IMG/VR virus record: IMGVR_UViG_3300026487_000004
Span: 1-64,000 of that record
Source of the DNA: a virus
Direction: 5' to 3' (one strand)
DNA length: 64,000 nt
Shown here one piece after another: positions 47,649 to 54,417 of the stretch (its first letter is position 1; every line of letters begins with the position of its first letter). The notes below the pieces were generated by a model. That model was not told where the DNA came from. It did not search any database and worked only from the letters and a program-made list of their open reading frames with translations. Made by a program: the position numbers and the translations under genes.

Positions 47649-47857
47649 TAGATTTTAAATAATTTAATTAAGTTATCATAGAAATTTTTAACTTGTATAA
47701 GGTTATCAAAGAAATATGGTCTATTTTCATCCATATCATCAACTTTTAAAAGTTCTTTAGCATCCTCTGTAAGAGTTACTTTATACTTTCCGTAAATACT
47801 ATACACTTCTGTTACCACTGCGTATCTGTAAATTTTTATAATATCTATTGTTCTCAT
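47648..47857 (-). CDS. hypothetical protein
   Basis: 69-aa ORF. Confidence 0.5.
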   Translation of the reverse strand: MRTIDIIKIYRYAVVTEVYSIYGKYKVTLTEDAKELLKVDDMDENRPYFFDNLIQVKNFYDNLIKLFKI

Positions 47858-47997
47858 AATTCTAATTTTAATTGTTGTTGTTTAGTTTTTGGTCTTAATG
47901 CCTCTAAATCTTTATCTCTCTTCTTTATCCATTCTTCTCCAAATAGTCTTATTAGGATAGATCGGTTATGTGGGTTTTCTTTGTATGAAGGTGTCAT
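47854..47997 (-). CDS. small hypothetical protein (47 aa)
   Basis: Hand translation MTPSYKENPHNRSILIRLFGEEWIKKRDKDLEALRPKTKQQQLKLEL. ATGA overlap downstream. Confidence 0.35.
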   Translation of the reverse strand: MTPSYKENPHNRSILIRLFGEEWIKKRDKDLEALRPKTKQQQLKLEL

Positions 47998-47999
47998 TT

Positions 48000-48359
48000 C
48001 TACTTGTAAATAAATCCTGTTCCAAACTTCTTAATCGACTTTCTATTTTCGCTTTTCCATGCATATTTGGTTGAGCCCGGTCTGATTGGTGCATGCCAAT
48101 AAAAAGTAAAATCATCCAAACTCTCAGCATACAAACAACCATCATCATCAAGTTTCAAAGTTCCTTTTGCTAATTTTTTCAAAGTGTATTTATTCATTTC
48201 GCGACTTTTGTAAGCTGATCTCAAAACATCATAATCAAACTCTAATTCTATTTCATCTCCAACTTTTAAATTATTAAGCTTTAAAAATTCATCACGATAG
48301 GTTTTTAAAAAATCAATATGTAATTTCTTTGTATCTGGAAATATTATTTTACTTTCCAT
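48000..48359 (-). CDS. hypothetical protein
   Basis: 119-aa ORF. Confidence 0.55.
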   Translation of the reverse strand: MESKIIFPDTKKLHIDFLKTYRDEFLKLNNLKVGDEIELEFDYDVLRSAYKSREMNKYTLKKLAKGTLKLDDDGCLYAESLDDFTFYWHAPIRPGSTKYAWKSENRKSIKKFGTGFIYK

Positions 48360-48364
48360 AATTT

Positions 48365-48640
48365 TTATACTGCCCTCCTTTTGGCTTTTTTATCTGTTTG
48401 TGTGTTTAACATAATTAACGATGCTTCTACAGGTTGAATTTTCTTTGCCTTTTGCTTATCCATTAAAATTTCTCTTACAATTGTGTGGTATTTACCTTTT
48501 TCATCTTTCCAACAATCCTCACATAGGTTTATCTTCTCCAATTCCTCACACTTAGTTCCTACCAACTTGTATTTTATGCCGTTTGCTATAAATTCATTAT
48601 AAGCCAAACTGTAATCCCTATTCAATACTTTCAGCTTCAT
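48365..48640 (-). CDS. hypothetical protein
   Basis: The track start at 48670 is TTG; the first ATG is 48640 (MKLKVLNRDYS...). Contains CEDC. Confidence 0.5.
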   Translation of the reverse strand: MKLKVLNRDYSLAYNEFIANGIKYKLVGTKCEELEKINLCEDCWKDEKGKYHTIVREILMDKQKAKKIQPVEASLIMLNTQTDKKAKRRAV

Positions 48641-49040
48641 CTTTACCAATGTAAATTTCCATGTTTTCAACTTTCAATTCCAACTCTTTTATCCTGTCTA
48701 ACATTATTCCATTCTGCTTATTTTTAAGCGATATAAGCGACTTAAATGTCTCCTCCCTACCAACTACCCTCTCGAACACAATTACGATCTTACGCATTAT
48801 CTCAATGCGCTCTAACTTATCTTTAATCTTATCATTGGCTGATTGCTTAATTTGTTCTTTCTCTTCTTCGGTTTTACCTTTTGAAATCTGATCGTTTAAA
48901 TACTTTAAAACATCAAACTCAAAATCTATGGCAATTCCTTTCAACAAGCTCAAAGCAATTGAGGAATGTTGTAAATCATCAAAAGCTAATGAATAACTGT
49001 CAGCTAAATTTTTATAATACAGTTGTAGTTCTTGACTCAT
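48618..49040 (-). CDS. hypothetical coiled-coil protein
   Basis: 140-aa ORF downstream of the helicase gene. Confidence 0.55.
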   Translation of the reverse strand: MSQELQLYYKNLADSYSLAFDDLQHSSIALSLLKGIAIDFEFDVLKYLNDQISKGKTEEEKEQIKQSANDKIKDKLERIEIMRKIVIVFERVVGREETFKSLISLKNKQNGIMLDRIKELELKVENMEIYIGKDEAESIE

Positions 49041-49042
49041 GG

Positions 49043-50035
49043 TTAAAATGGTAAATCTTCTGTTTCGTCTTGTATAGTGTCAATTTCAATAGTTCTTTCC
49101 TCTGCCAGTACTGATAATAACGGGTTTACATCTAAATGCTCATAGGCATAATACTGTCTGCTATCCAAAAACTTTTCATAGTACCTATTTCGTTTCCAAT
49201 CCCAATACATCGGTCTAGTTCCTAATGTCCCAATTCCTTTAGGTCTTGCTTTCTGGATATTTATCAGAACGATATTATCCTCATAATTAGCTTTTGTAAA
49301 TGGGTCTTTAATGAATGTTGGTGGTCTCCACATATTAATCCATCCCATAGCCTTTCTATACCATGCCTGTCCACCCGCAGCTTCCCTAGCCGTTGGCATA
49401 GGATAATAAGTTCTCTTAACTTTATAATCAAATAGGGGCTTTTGTGATATAGGGTGCATTGTTATAATCATGTGCTTATTCCCTTTCTTGCAGAAGCGCC
49501 TAATGTCAGCTGATACGTCCTCAATATAAATATCTTGCCTTCCGTTATGCTCAGGCTTTAATTCGTGTTTAACTTCGTTATTTGGATCTACAAAAATCAA
49601 ATCTTCATCTGTACATAATCCCATAATATCGTAATACGTATAAGATTTTTCATCACTATCAATTACCGAGTAATGGTGATCTACATAGTTGAGCGCATTT
49701 TCAAATTTGCCATCTTCTAAAGCGAACTTGTTTGATTTGATTGCCGACTTACCATAATGCTTATGGATTAACTCTGCATAGATATCTTCTACACTTCCTG
49801 TTTCCGGTGAATAGATTAATGCCTTTTTACCTAGCTTATCAACTTGATTTACTATTAACTCTAATCCAAACTCTGTTTTACCCGTATGTGGTGCTGCAAG
49901 AATGTTTGTATAACTTCCGTACTTAATCGAGTAAACATCATCTAAGTTCTTAAATCCTGTAGGTTCGCCTTTAACATTTCCTTTTGCTCGTAGGCTATCG
50001 AGCTTTCTTTTTATTTCTGCTGATTTTTTTATCAT
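49043..50035 (-). CDS. DnaB-family replicative helicase (RecA-like C-terminal domain only)
   Basis: GEPTGFKNLDDVYSIKYGSYTNILAAPHTGKTEFGLELIV (Walker A) and LIFVDP (Walker B). Confidence 0.65.
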   Translation of the reverse strand: MIKKSAEIKRKLDSLRAKGNVKGEPTGFKNLDDVYSIKYGSYTNILAAPHTGKTEFGLELIVNQVDKLGKKALIYSPETGSVEDIYAELIHKHYGKSAIKSNKFALEDGKFENALNYVDHHYSVIDSDEKSYTYYDIMGLCTDEDLIFVDPNNEVKHELKPEHNGRQDIYIEDVSADIRRFCKKGNKHMIITMHPISQKPLFDYKVKRTYYPMPTAREAAGGQAWYRKAMGWINMWRPPTFIKDPFTKANYEDNIVLINIQKARPKGIGTLGTRPMYWDWKRNRYYEKFLDSRQYYAYEHLDVNPLLSVLAEERTIEIDTIQDETEDLPF

Positions 50036-50041
50036 ATTGGT

Positions 50042-50851
50042 TTAAATGGTTGGTGATACATCATCGTAACTCATTGGTTCAAATTCTTCTTCTTTTACAA
50101 CTTTACTTGGATTATCATTTTTTGATGCAATTAATAGTTTGCTAAATTTCTCCCTTAACTTAGATGTAGATAAAATATTTGGCTTCCAAAAACTAGACCT
50201 TGGACTTTTAAGATATTTAAGAACTTCTCTCATATCCTCTATTTTATAGTTGTCAATAGTAAGGCATAGTCTTATAGGTTCGATATACGATTTAAATTTT
50301 GCATTGTTAAGATGATTTAGATTGTTATCACCTAACAAAACTTTATTTTCTTTAAAAACATCTACAAATCCTTTTGCAATCTTAAACCACTCTAATTCAT
50401 TAGATCCAATAGTAAGGTCTGAAATTTTAATTTCGGACAAAAGAATATCATCTATATATATACCTTCTTTATTCTTATACTTCTTAGTTGTTGTCGGTTG
50501 AGTGACGGCTTGCTTGTCGTTTTGCTTGTCGTTCTTTTCTTTAATATCATTATAATCATCATATTTACAGATAGTTACAATACTATATTTGTTTGTCGTT
50601 TTGACTGACAGCTCGCCTGTCGATTTTAATCGGTCAAAACACGTTCTTAAAGTCCTAACCGAGATACCAGTTTTCTCACTTAATGCGCTAAATCCTGTTA
50701 TTAACTGACCCCTTTTTACAATTATATTTTGCCATCCTTTATCCTTGCTATTCGCATTTATTAAAAGGTGAATAAACAAATGAACCATCTCAGATTTATT
50801 GTACCACTCCCACTCCTGTAGTTTTCTATGCAGTTTAATAAATCCAACCAT
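50042..50851 (-). CDS. replisome-organiser / replication-initiator-like winged-helix protein
   Basis: FIKLHRKLQEWEWYNKSEMVHLFIHLLINAN...VKRGQLITGFSALSEKTGISVRTLRTCFDRLKSTGEL is a typical phage replication-protein N-terminus. Confidence 0.5.
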   Translation of the reverse strand: MVGFIKLHRKLQEWEWYNKSEMVHLFIHLLINANSKDKGWQNIIVKRGQLITGFSALSEKTGISVRTLRTCFDRLKSTGELSVKTTNKYSIVTICKYDDYNDIKEKNDKQNDKQAVTQPTTTKKYKNKEGIYIDDILLSEIKISDLTIGSNELEWFKIAKGFVDVFKENKVLLGDNNLNHLNNAKFKSYIEPIRLCLTIDNYKIEDMREVLKYLKSPRSSFWKPNILSTSKLREKFSKLLIASKNDNPSKVVKEEEFEPMSYDDVSPTI

Positions 50852-50852
50852 A

Positions 50853-51059
50853 TTATATTATTTTTTTACATAACCTTTTTAATTTCTGTAACTCTTTTAT
50901 TAATTCGTCCAAGTCATCTAAATCTTCAAAAAGATATAATTGATACTCCCAATCACTATTACTGCTTTCTTCTAGTATTTTTATAACTGGTACTCCATTT
51001 GTATTAATAAATGCTTGTAGTTCTAAACCACAACCATCAGATAATGTTAATACTTTCAT
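50853..51059 (-). CDS. hypothetical acidic protein
   Basis: The track start at 51062 is GTG; ATG at 51059. Confidence 0.5.
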   Translation of the reverse strand: MKVLTLSDGCGLELQAFINTNGVPVIKILEESSNSDWEYQLYLFEDLDDLDELIKELQKLKRLCKKII

Positions 51060-51061
51060 CA

Positions 51062-51373
51062 CTAAATCTTCTCTTTTCTATCAATAAAAAATTCTTTTAA
51101 TAAAGCATCAATAGATGGTTTCATCATTCTAAAAAATTCTAATTTTTCTGGATGAATGTCTTGCTCTTCTGTACTGAACCATAGAAATACCGGCATAGGA
51201 GTATTATGCCTATCGGCAATCAGTTTCAATAAAGTTGTACTTGGTTCTTTTTTACCTGACTCGATGTGAGATAAGTAAGTTTGTGATATGCCAATACTTT
51301 CAGCATATTCTTTTTGCCCGACTTTAGGCGTTAACGACTTTCTAAATGTTCTAATTGATTTACCTAAGTTCAT
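51062..51373 (-). CDS. XRE/Cro-CI-type helix-turn-helix transcriptional regulator
   Basis: GQKEYAESIGISQTYLSHIESGKKEPSTTLLKLIA. The track start at 51397 is TTG; ATG at 51373. Confidence 0.7.
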   Translation of the reverse strand: MNLGKSIRTFRKSLTPKVGQKEYAESIGISQTYLSHIESGKKEPSTTLLKLIADRHNTPMPVFLWFSTEEQDIHPEKLEFFRMMKPSIDALLKEFFIDRKEKI

Positions 51374-51421
51374 ATTATTTATGTTTATATAGAACAAAGG
51401 TAAATATTATTTCATATTAGA

Positions 51422-51429
51422 CAAATATA
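51422..51429 (-). promoter_or_regulatory. Bacteroidota -7-type box TATATTTG upstream of the XRE gene
   Basis: Minus-strand TATATTTG (TAnnTTTG consensus) 48 nt upstream of ATG 51373, just after the tRNA terminator. No clear -33 TTTG. Confidence 0.3.
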
Positions 51430-51451
51430 TTTTAAAAAAAAAATTACACAT

Positions 51452-51486
51452 TAAAAAGCCTTATACATCTTCTGACATATAAGGCT
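51452..51486 (-). terminator. rho-independent terminator (-) downstream of the tRNA cluster
   Basis: AGCCTTATA / TATAAGGCT 9-bp stem, 12-nt loop, followed on the minus strand by TTTTT. Confidence 0.6.
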
Positions 51487-51495
51487 CTACTTTTG

Positions 51496-51569
51496 TATGC
51501 CCTACAGGGATCGAACATGTGACCAAGATGTTATGAGCATCCTACTCTGACCAACTGAGCTAAAGGCAT
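51496..51569 (-). tRNA. tRNA-Met (CAT; elongator Met or Ile2)
   Basis: Acceptor ATGCCTT/AGGGCAT, D-arm GCTC-AGTTGGTCA-GAGT, anticodon stem GGATG/CATCT with loop CTCATAA, T-arm ACATG-TTCGATC-CCTGT (one mismatch). No encoded CCA. Confidence 0.75.
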
Positions 51570-51575
51570 ATTTAG

Positions 51576-51645
51576 GGTGTTGCAGGGATTCGAACCCTAT
51601 CAGCGAAGTCACAATTCGCCCGCTTAACCATTAGCGTAACAACAC
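51576..51645 (-). tRNA. tRNA-His (GTG), non-canonical (70 nt)
   Basis: Acceptor GTGTTGT/GCAACAC, D-arm CGCT-AATGGTTA-AGCG, anticodon stem GCGAA/TTCGC with loop TTGTGAC, T-loop TTCGAAT, C73. The T-stem has only 4 clean bp and position -1 is T, not G. Confidence 0.55.
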
Positions 51646-51647
51646 AG

Positions 51648-51719
51648 ATTTCCCAGATAGATTCGAACTATCGCCTAAGAGCCCAAAACTCCACGTGCTA
51701 ACCGCTACACCATGAGAAA
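51648..51719 (-). tRNA. tRNA-Gln (TTG)
   Basis: Acceptor TTTCTCA/TGGGAAA (U1-A72), D-stem GTGT/GCAC, anticodon loop TTTTGGG, T-arm GATAG-TTCGAAT-CTATC. Confidence 0.8.
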
Positions 51720-51727
51720 ATATTTAG

Positions 51728-51800
51728 TCAGGATACAAGGACTCGAACCTTGAACCTCCTCAATCCAAATGAGGTAATCTACCAATTGATATACATCCTG
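51728..51800 (-). tRNA. tRNA-Pro (TGG)
   Basis: Acceptor CAGGATG/TATCCTG (C1-G72, A73), anticodon stem CCTCA/TGAGG with loop TTTGGAT, T-arm CAAGG-TTCGAGT-CCTTG. Confidence 0.85.
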
Positions 51801-51836
51801 AAAACAAAAAAGCCCCATGAACTTAATCAAGGGGCT
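51801..51836 (-). terminator. rho-independent terminator (-), TTAAGT hexaloop, immediately upstream of tRNA-Pro
   Basis: Minus strand AGCCCCTTGA-TTAAGT-TCATGGGGCT (one T-T mismatch) followed by TTTTTTGTTTT. Confidence 0.65.
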
Positions 51837-51930
51837 AATACTATTTATGTTAAATCAATTACATACCAGTTCCACCTTGACTTGTGTCAATTAATATGGG
51901 TTGCTGATGTAATTGTTGTTTATTCATGCC
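51801..51930 (-). ncRNA. candidate ~125-nt structured small RNA (or tRNA-operon leader)
   Basis: Bounded by promoter-like TTTG-N19-TATATTTG (51962-51932) and terminator 51836-51801. Contains a 9-bp long-range stem CAATTACAT/ATGTAATTG (51856-64 / 51907-15) enclosing hairpin TTGAC-N4-GTCAA (51877-90). No ORF. Confidence 0.3.
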
Positions 51931-51931
51931 A

Positions 51932-51962
51932 CAAATATATAAATAGTTTTTTATAAAACAAA
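51932..51962 (-). promoter_or_regulatory. Bacteroidota-type promoter (-33 TTTG / -7 TATATTTG)
   Basis: Minus strand TTTG (51962-51959), 19-nt spacer, TATATTTG (51939-51932). Confidence 0.4.
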
Positions 51963-51974
51963 CATTTAAGTAAT

Positions 51975-52019
51975 TCGGTATTTCCGAACTACTGCAAGGG
52001 TGTCGGTATTTCCGACTAC
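51975..52019. repeat. direct repeat x2 of TCGGTATTTCCGA(A)CTAC, each with internal palindrome TCGG..CCGA
   Basis: Copy 1 at 51975-51992 and copy 2 at 52003-52019, differing by one A. Lies between a terminator and the promoter-like element. Confidence 0.6.
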
Positions 52020-52028
52020 CCACTAAAT

Positions 52029-52061
52029 AAAAAAGCCCTTAACAAATTAATGCTAAGGACT
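52029..52061 (-). terminator. rho-independent terminator (-), TTAATT hexaloop
   Basis: Minus strand AGTCCTTAGCA-TTAATT-TGTTAAGGGCT (two G-U pairs) followed by TTTTTT. Confidence 0.55.
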
Positions 52062-52084
52062 AGGTTATAATTTTTTGAAAATGC

Positions 52085-52438
52085 TTATTGTCCGTAACGA
52101 ACACAATCAGTACAGAACAAATTGTATATGTTCTCCCAATTTTTGTAATCATTTGCCTTAAAATGTGCCTTAGCAAAAATATCTAACTGTTTTAGGTAAA
52201 AATCTTTTACCTCTTCAAATGAGGTTGGATTCTTTAAGCGAATTTGAGGCATACTATTTTCAGTATTACCATTTGTGTAGTTTAACTCTATACCTCTAAT
52301 ATTTGCTTGCTGTACGAAGTGTATTAGCGTACTATCTGCTAAATCTACTTCTTCATTTGGGTTGGCCGTGTCTAGCTTTAACTGAATGTAAGGTTCATTC
52401 TTGTCCCAGTCTTGTTTTACTCTGATTGTACTTTTCAT
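52085..52438 (-). CDS. hypothetical protein (insulated single-gene unit)
   Basis: The track start at 52480 is TTG; ATG at 52438 (MKSTIRVKQDW...). TATCTTTG box at 52490-52483 upstream, terminator downstream. Confidence 0.55.
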   Translation of the reverse strand: MKSTIRVKQDWDKNEPYIQLKLDTANPNEEVDLADSTLIHFVQQANIRGIELNYTNGNTENSMPQIRLKNPTSFEEVKDFYLKQLDIFAKAHFKANDYKNWENIYNLFCTDCVRYGQ

Positions 52439-52491
52439 AATATTTATTTTACGCTCATCTAAGTGTATTCCTAGTGGCAAATCAAAGATAT

Positions 52492-52524
52492 AAAAAAATC
52501 CCTAATCAATTAAGATTAAGGATT
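52492..52524 (-). terminator. rho-independent terminator (-), TTAATT hexaloop
   Basis: Minus strand AATCCTTAATC-TTAATT-GATTAGGGATT (one G-U pair) followed by TTTTTTT. Confidence 0.55.
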
Positions 52525-52577
52525 AATGCATCAGCCTTTGAGGGTTAGGCCCCTCTGCTACGATCGCTTGTTTTTAT

Positions 52578-52844
52578 TTACCTCCAAGTAATGTTAGAGA
52601 ATGTTTTACCATCTGAGGTCATGATGTAGTTGCACTGAGGTTTTTGTAATGCAAATAATTCTGCCCCATCATCGTAAATAATAAAAGCATAAACTGCCTC
52701 TTCTGGAATTACAGCTCCGTTTCCCCAAATTTTTAAAGTTCTTTGAAATTCTTCTGGATGCCTCTCAGCTTCAATAAGGTTGTAGGATTTACCAAGTAGG
52801 TAATTTGATTCAGTTTGTTCTGAAATTTGTCTTAGAATGAACAT
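52578..52844 (-). CDS. hypothetical protein (insulated single-gene unit)
   Basis: 88-aa ORF. TATATTTG box at 52881-52874 upstream, terminator downstream. Confidence 0.55.
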   Translation of the reverse strand: MFILRQISEQTESNYLLGKSYNLIEAERHPEEFQRTLKIWGNGAVIPEEAVYAFIIYDDGAELFALQKPQCNYIMTSDGKTFSNITWR

Positions 52845-52946
52845 AATATGTATGTGTTTATAAAATGTGTATTCAAATATAATAATTAATCTTTTATTTA
52901 AAGCTATTTTTATTCTATTTAAGAGACTTTTACGGTTTTTACATAG

Positions 52947-52977
52947 AAAAGCCTCACCAAGTTAATGATGAGGCTTT
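52947..52977 (-). terminator. hairpin terminator (-), TTAACT hexaloop
   Basis: Minus strand AAAGCCTCATCA-TTAACT-TGGTGAGGCTTT (one G-U pair). The U-tract is short (4). Confidence 0.5.
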
Positions 52978-53000
52978 AAAAGTGTTATATAGCTACTGAT

Positions 53001-53129
53001 TTATTTTAAAAAATCATAAATAGCTTTTGCAGCTTCGAGCAATTCTGGTGCTGTTAATTTGTTACCTGACTCTGCAATTGTATTAACAGCTATTTCTATT
53101 GCCAGTCTTTTTAATTCTTGTTCTGTCAT
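53001..53129 (-). CDS. small hypothetical protein (42 aa)
   Basis: Hand translation MTEQELKRLAIEIAVNTIAESGNKLTAPELLEAAKAIYDFLK, followed by a terminator. Confidence 0.35.
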   Translation of the reverse strand: MTEQELKRLAIEIAVNTIAESGNKLTAPELLEAAKAIYDFLK

Positions 53130-53153
53130 TATTATGTTATGTTAAGTGATTTA

Positions 53154-53750
53154 CTATGCTTCTACTTTTTGGTTTTTAGCTTCTGCGTCTATTTGCTCAA
53201 ATAAGCTTGCCTGCTGAGCTTTTGTTAAAGTATGGCCATCTTCTAGGTATTTCTCTAAAGAATACTCTAAATCGCTTAATTGTGCCTCAATAATAGATAC
53301 CAATGCATAAGCATCTTCCTTAGTTCTGTCCAGGTTAATTACCGGAGACTCAATTTTAACTTTAAAGCCTTTACCGACCTTAGTAGTTTTCTTGTATCCA
53401 AACAATTTAACTGCATCTAACTGCTCTTTACCGATAAACTGAATTTTAGTCAACTCAACATTTTCAAATCTAGTATCGTCAAGGAATTTATTTTCTTTAA
53501 ACCACTTTGGGTAGTCTAAATCTCCATCTAAGCTTAGATCTTCGCTAATAAGCTCTGTAGACCAAAGTAAATGAGGCACTAATGATAAAATGTTGTCGCT
53601 TAATTGCTGTGATAAGAACTGGTTTGTTTTTTTACTGTACTCAGTACCCCAAACGTTTCCTTCTTTGCTTACCTCATCTTTGTTGTATGTTACTTTGATT
53701 TGGTGTTTCTTACCTTTTTTCTGTACTTCTAGTGTTTTGAATTTCTGCAT
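53154..53750 (-). CDS. hypothetical protein
   Basis: 198-aa ORF. TAAATTTG box at 53783-53776 upstream. Confidence 0.55.
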   Translation of the reverse strand: MQKFKTLEVQKKGKKHQIKVTYNKDEVSKEGNVWGTEYSKKTNQFLSQQLSDNILSLVPHLLWSTELISEDLSLDGDLDYPKWFKENKFLDDTRFENVELTKIQFIGKEQLDAVKLFGYKKTTKVGKGFKVKIESPVINLDRTKEDAYALVSIIEAQLSDLEYSLEKYLEDGHTLTKAQQASLFEQIDAEAKNQKVEA

Positions 53751-53784
53751 TGTTTTTTACTTTTTGTTTATGTTTCAAATTTAG

Positions 53785-54099
53785 TTATTTAATCAGTTCT
53801 TCATATATTTTATTAGCTGATTTTATTAAATCTTCTGTATAGAAATTATTTTCTTTCTGTAAACCAATAGCAGAATAACTATATGGATTTGACGGCTTAA
53901 TTTGAATTGCCATTCTAAAAGCCTCTTTCTTTAAATCCCTTAAAGCTAATTTTTCAGAGTAAGCTATTTGCTTATCCATTTCTTCAAGTCTAAGTTTGTT
54001 TTCTGCTTGTAACCTCAGATCTTCTTGTAACCTCAGATCTTCTTGTATTTTGTATTGAGTCCACTCTGGACTTTCCATTGCTTTTAATTGTTCTTCCAT
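53785..54099 (-). CDS. hypothetical coiled-coil protein with in-frame tandem duplication
   Basis: 104 aa. EDLRLQEDLRLQ is encoded by an 18-bp tandem repeat at 54006-54046. Confidence 0.55.
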   Translation of the reverse strand: MEEQLKAMESPEWTQYKIQEDLRLQEDLRLQAENKLRLEEMDKQIAYSEKLALRDLKKEAFRMAIQIKPSNPYSYSAIGLQKENNFYTEDLIKSANKIYEELIK

Positions 54100-54105
54100 T
54101 TTTAT

Positions 54106-54406
54106 TTAGTTTTTAATAAATGTTCCATTAACTGATTTTCCTTTTCTGTTTTTAATAACATTATAAGCGCTTTCAAGGCACTCATCGTAGTTTAGATCTA
54201 ATTGGTCACATAGGATAATTAAAGTTACTTGTACGTCTCCTATAGCGTCTATAATATCATCTCTGTTATCTTTGATGATAGCATCTCCTAGTTTCTCCTG
54301 CCTCACTGATAAATTTAGCAAACTGTTTTAATACATTGTCTCTACTTAATAGCATTTTTTCTGATGCCCATTCCAGGACTTTTAATTGTAGTTGGTTGTT
54401 TGTCAT
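54106..54406 (-). pseudogene. MazG-like NTP pyrophosphohydrolase interrupted by a +1 frameshift
   Basis: ORF A ends ...KQFAKFISEAGE then goes out of frame. ORF B continues ...KLGDAIIKDNRDDIIDAIGDVQVTLIILCDQLDLNYDECLESAYNVIKNRKGKSVNGTFIKN. Skipping one A in GAAAC (plus-strand TTT 54292-54294) restores the MazG motif EAGELGDAI. Confidence 0.6.
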
Positions 54407-54417
54407 TTTATGATTAT

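Noticed and set aside
47966-48151. 61-aa minus-strand ORF.
   Set aside because: It is out of frame inside gene 48000..48359. The gap 47854-47997 is better filled by a coupled 47-aa ORF.
51062-51373. The XRE-type HTH as evidence of a temperate lifestyle (CI repressor).
   Set aside because: No integrase, excisionase or divergent cro-like partner is present in the window. XRE regulators are common in lytic phages.
51576-51645. An alternative fold of tRNA-His with an encoded G-1:C73 eighth pair.
   Set aside because: Shifting the register to use the first G as -1 leaves only one nucleotide between the acceptor and D stems and breaks the D-stem pairing. The -1 nucleotide in the consistent fold is T.
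51750-51956. 68-aa plus-strand ORF.
   Set aside because: It overlaps tRNA-Pro, a terminator and the promoter-like element. The region is better explained by RNA features.
52525-52577. G+C-rich 3'-UTR segment (GAGGGG-CCTAA-CCCTC etc.) as a separate terminator or ncRNA.
   Set aside because: It is a short 5-bp stem without a U-tract, and the conserved-loop terminator follows immediately. There is too little signal to call it independently.
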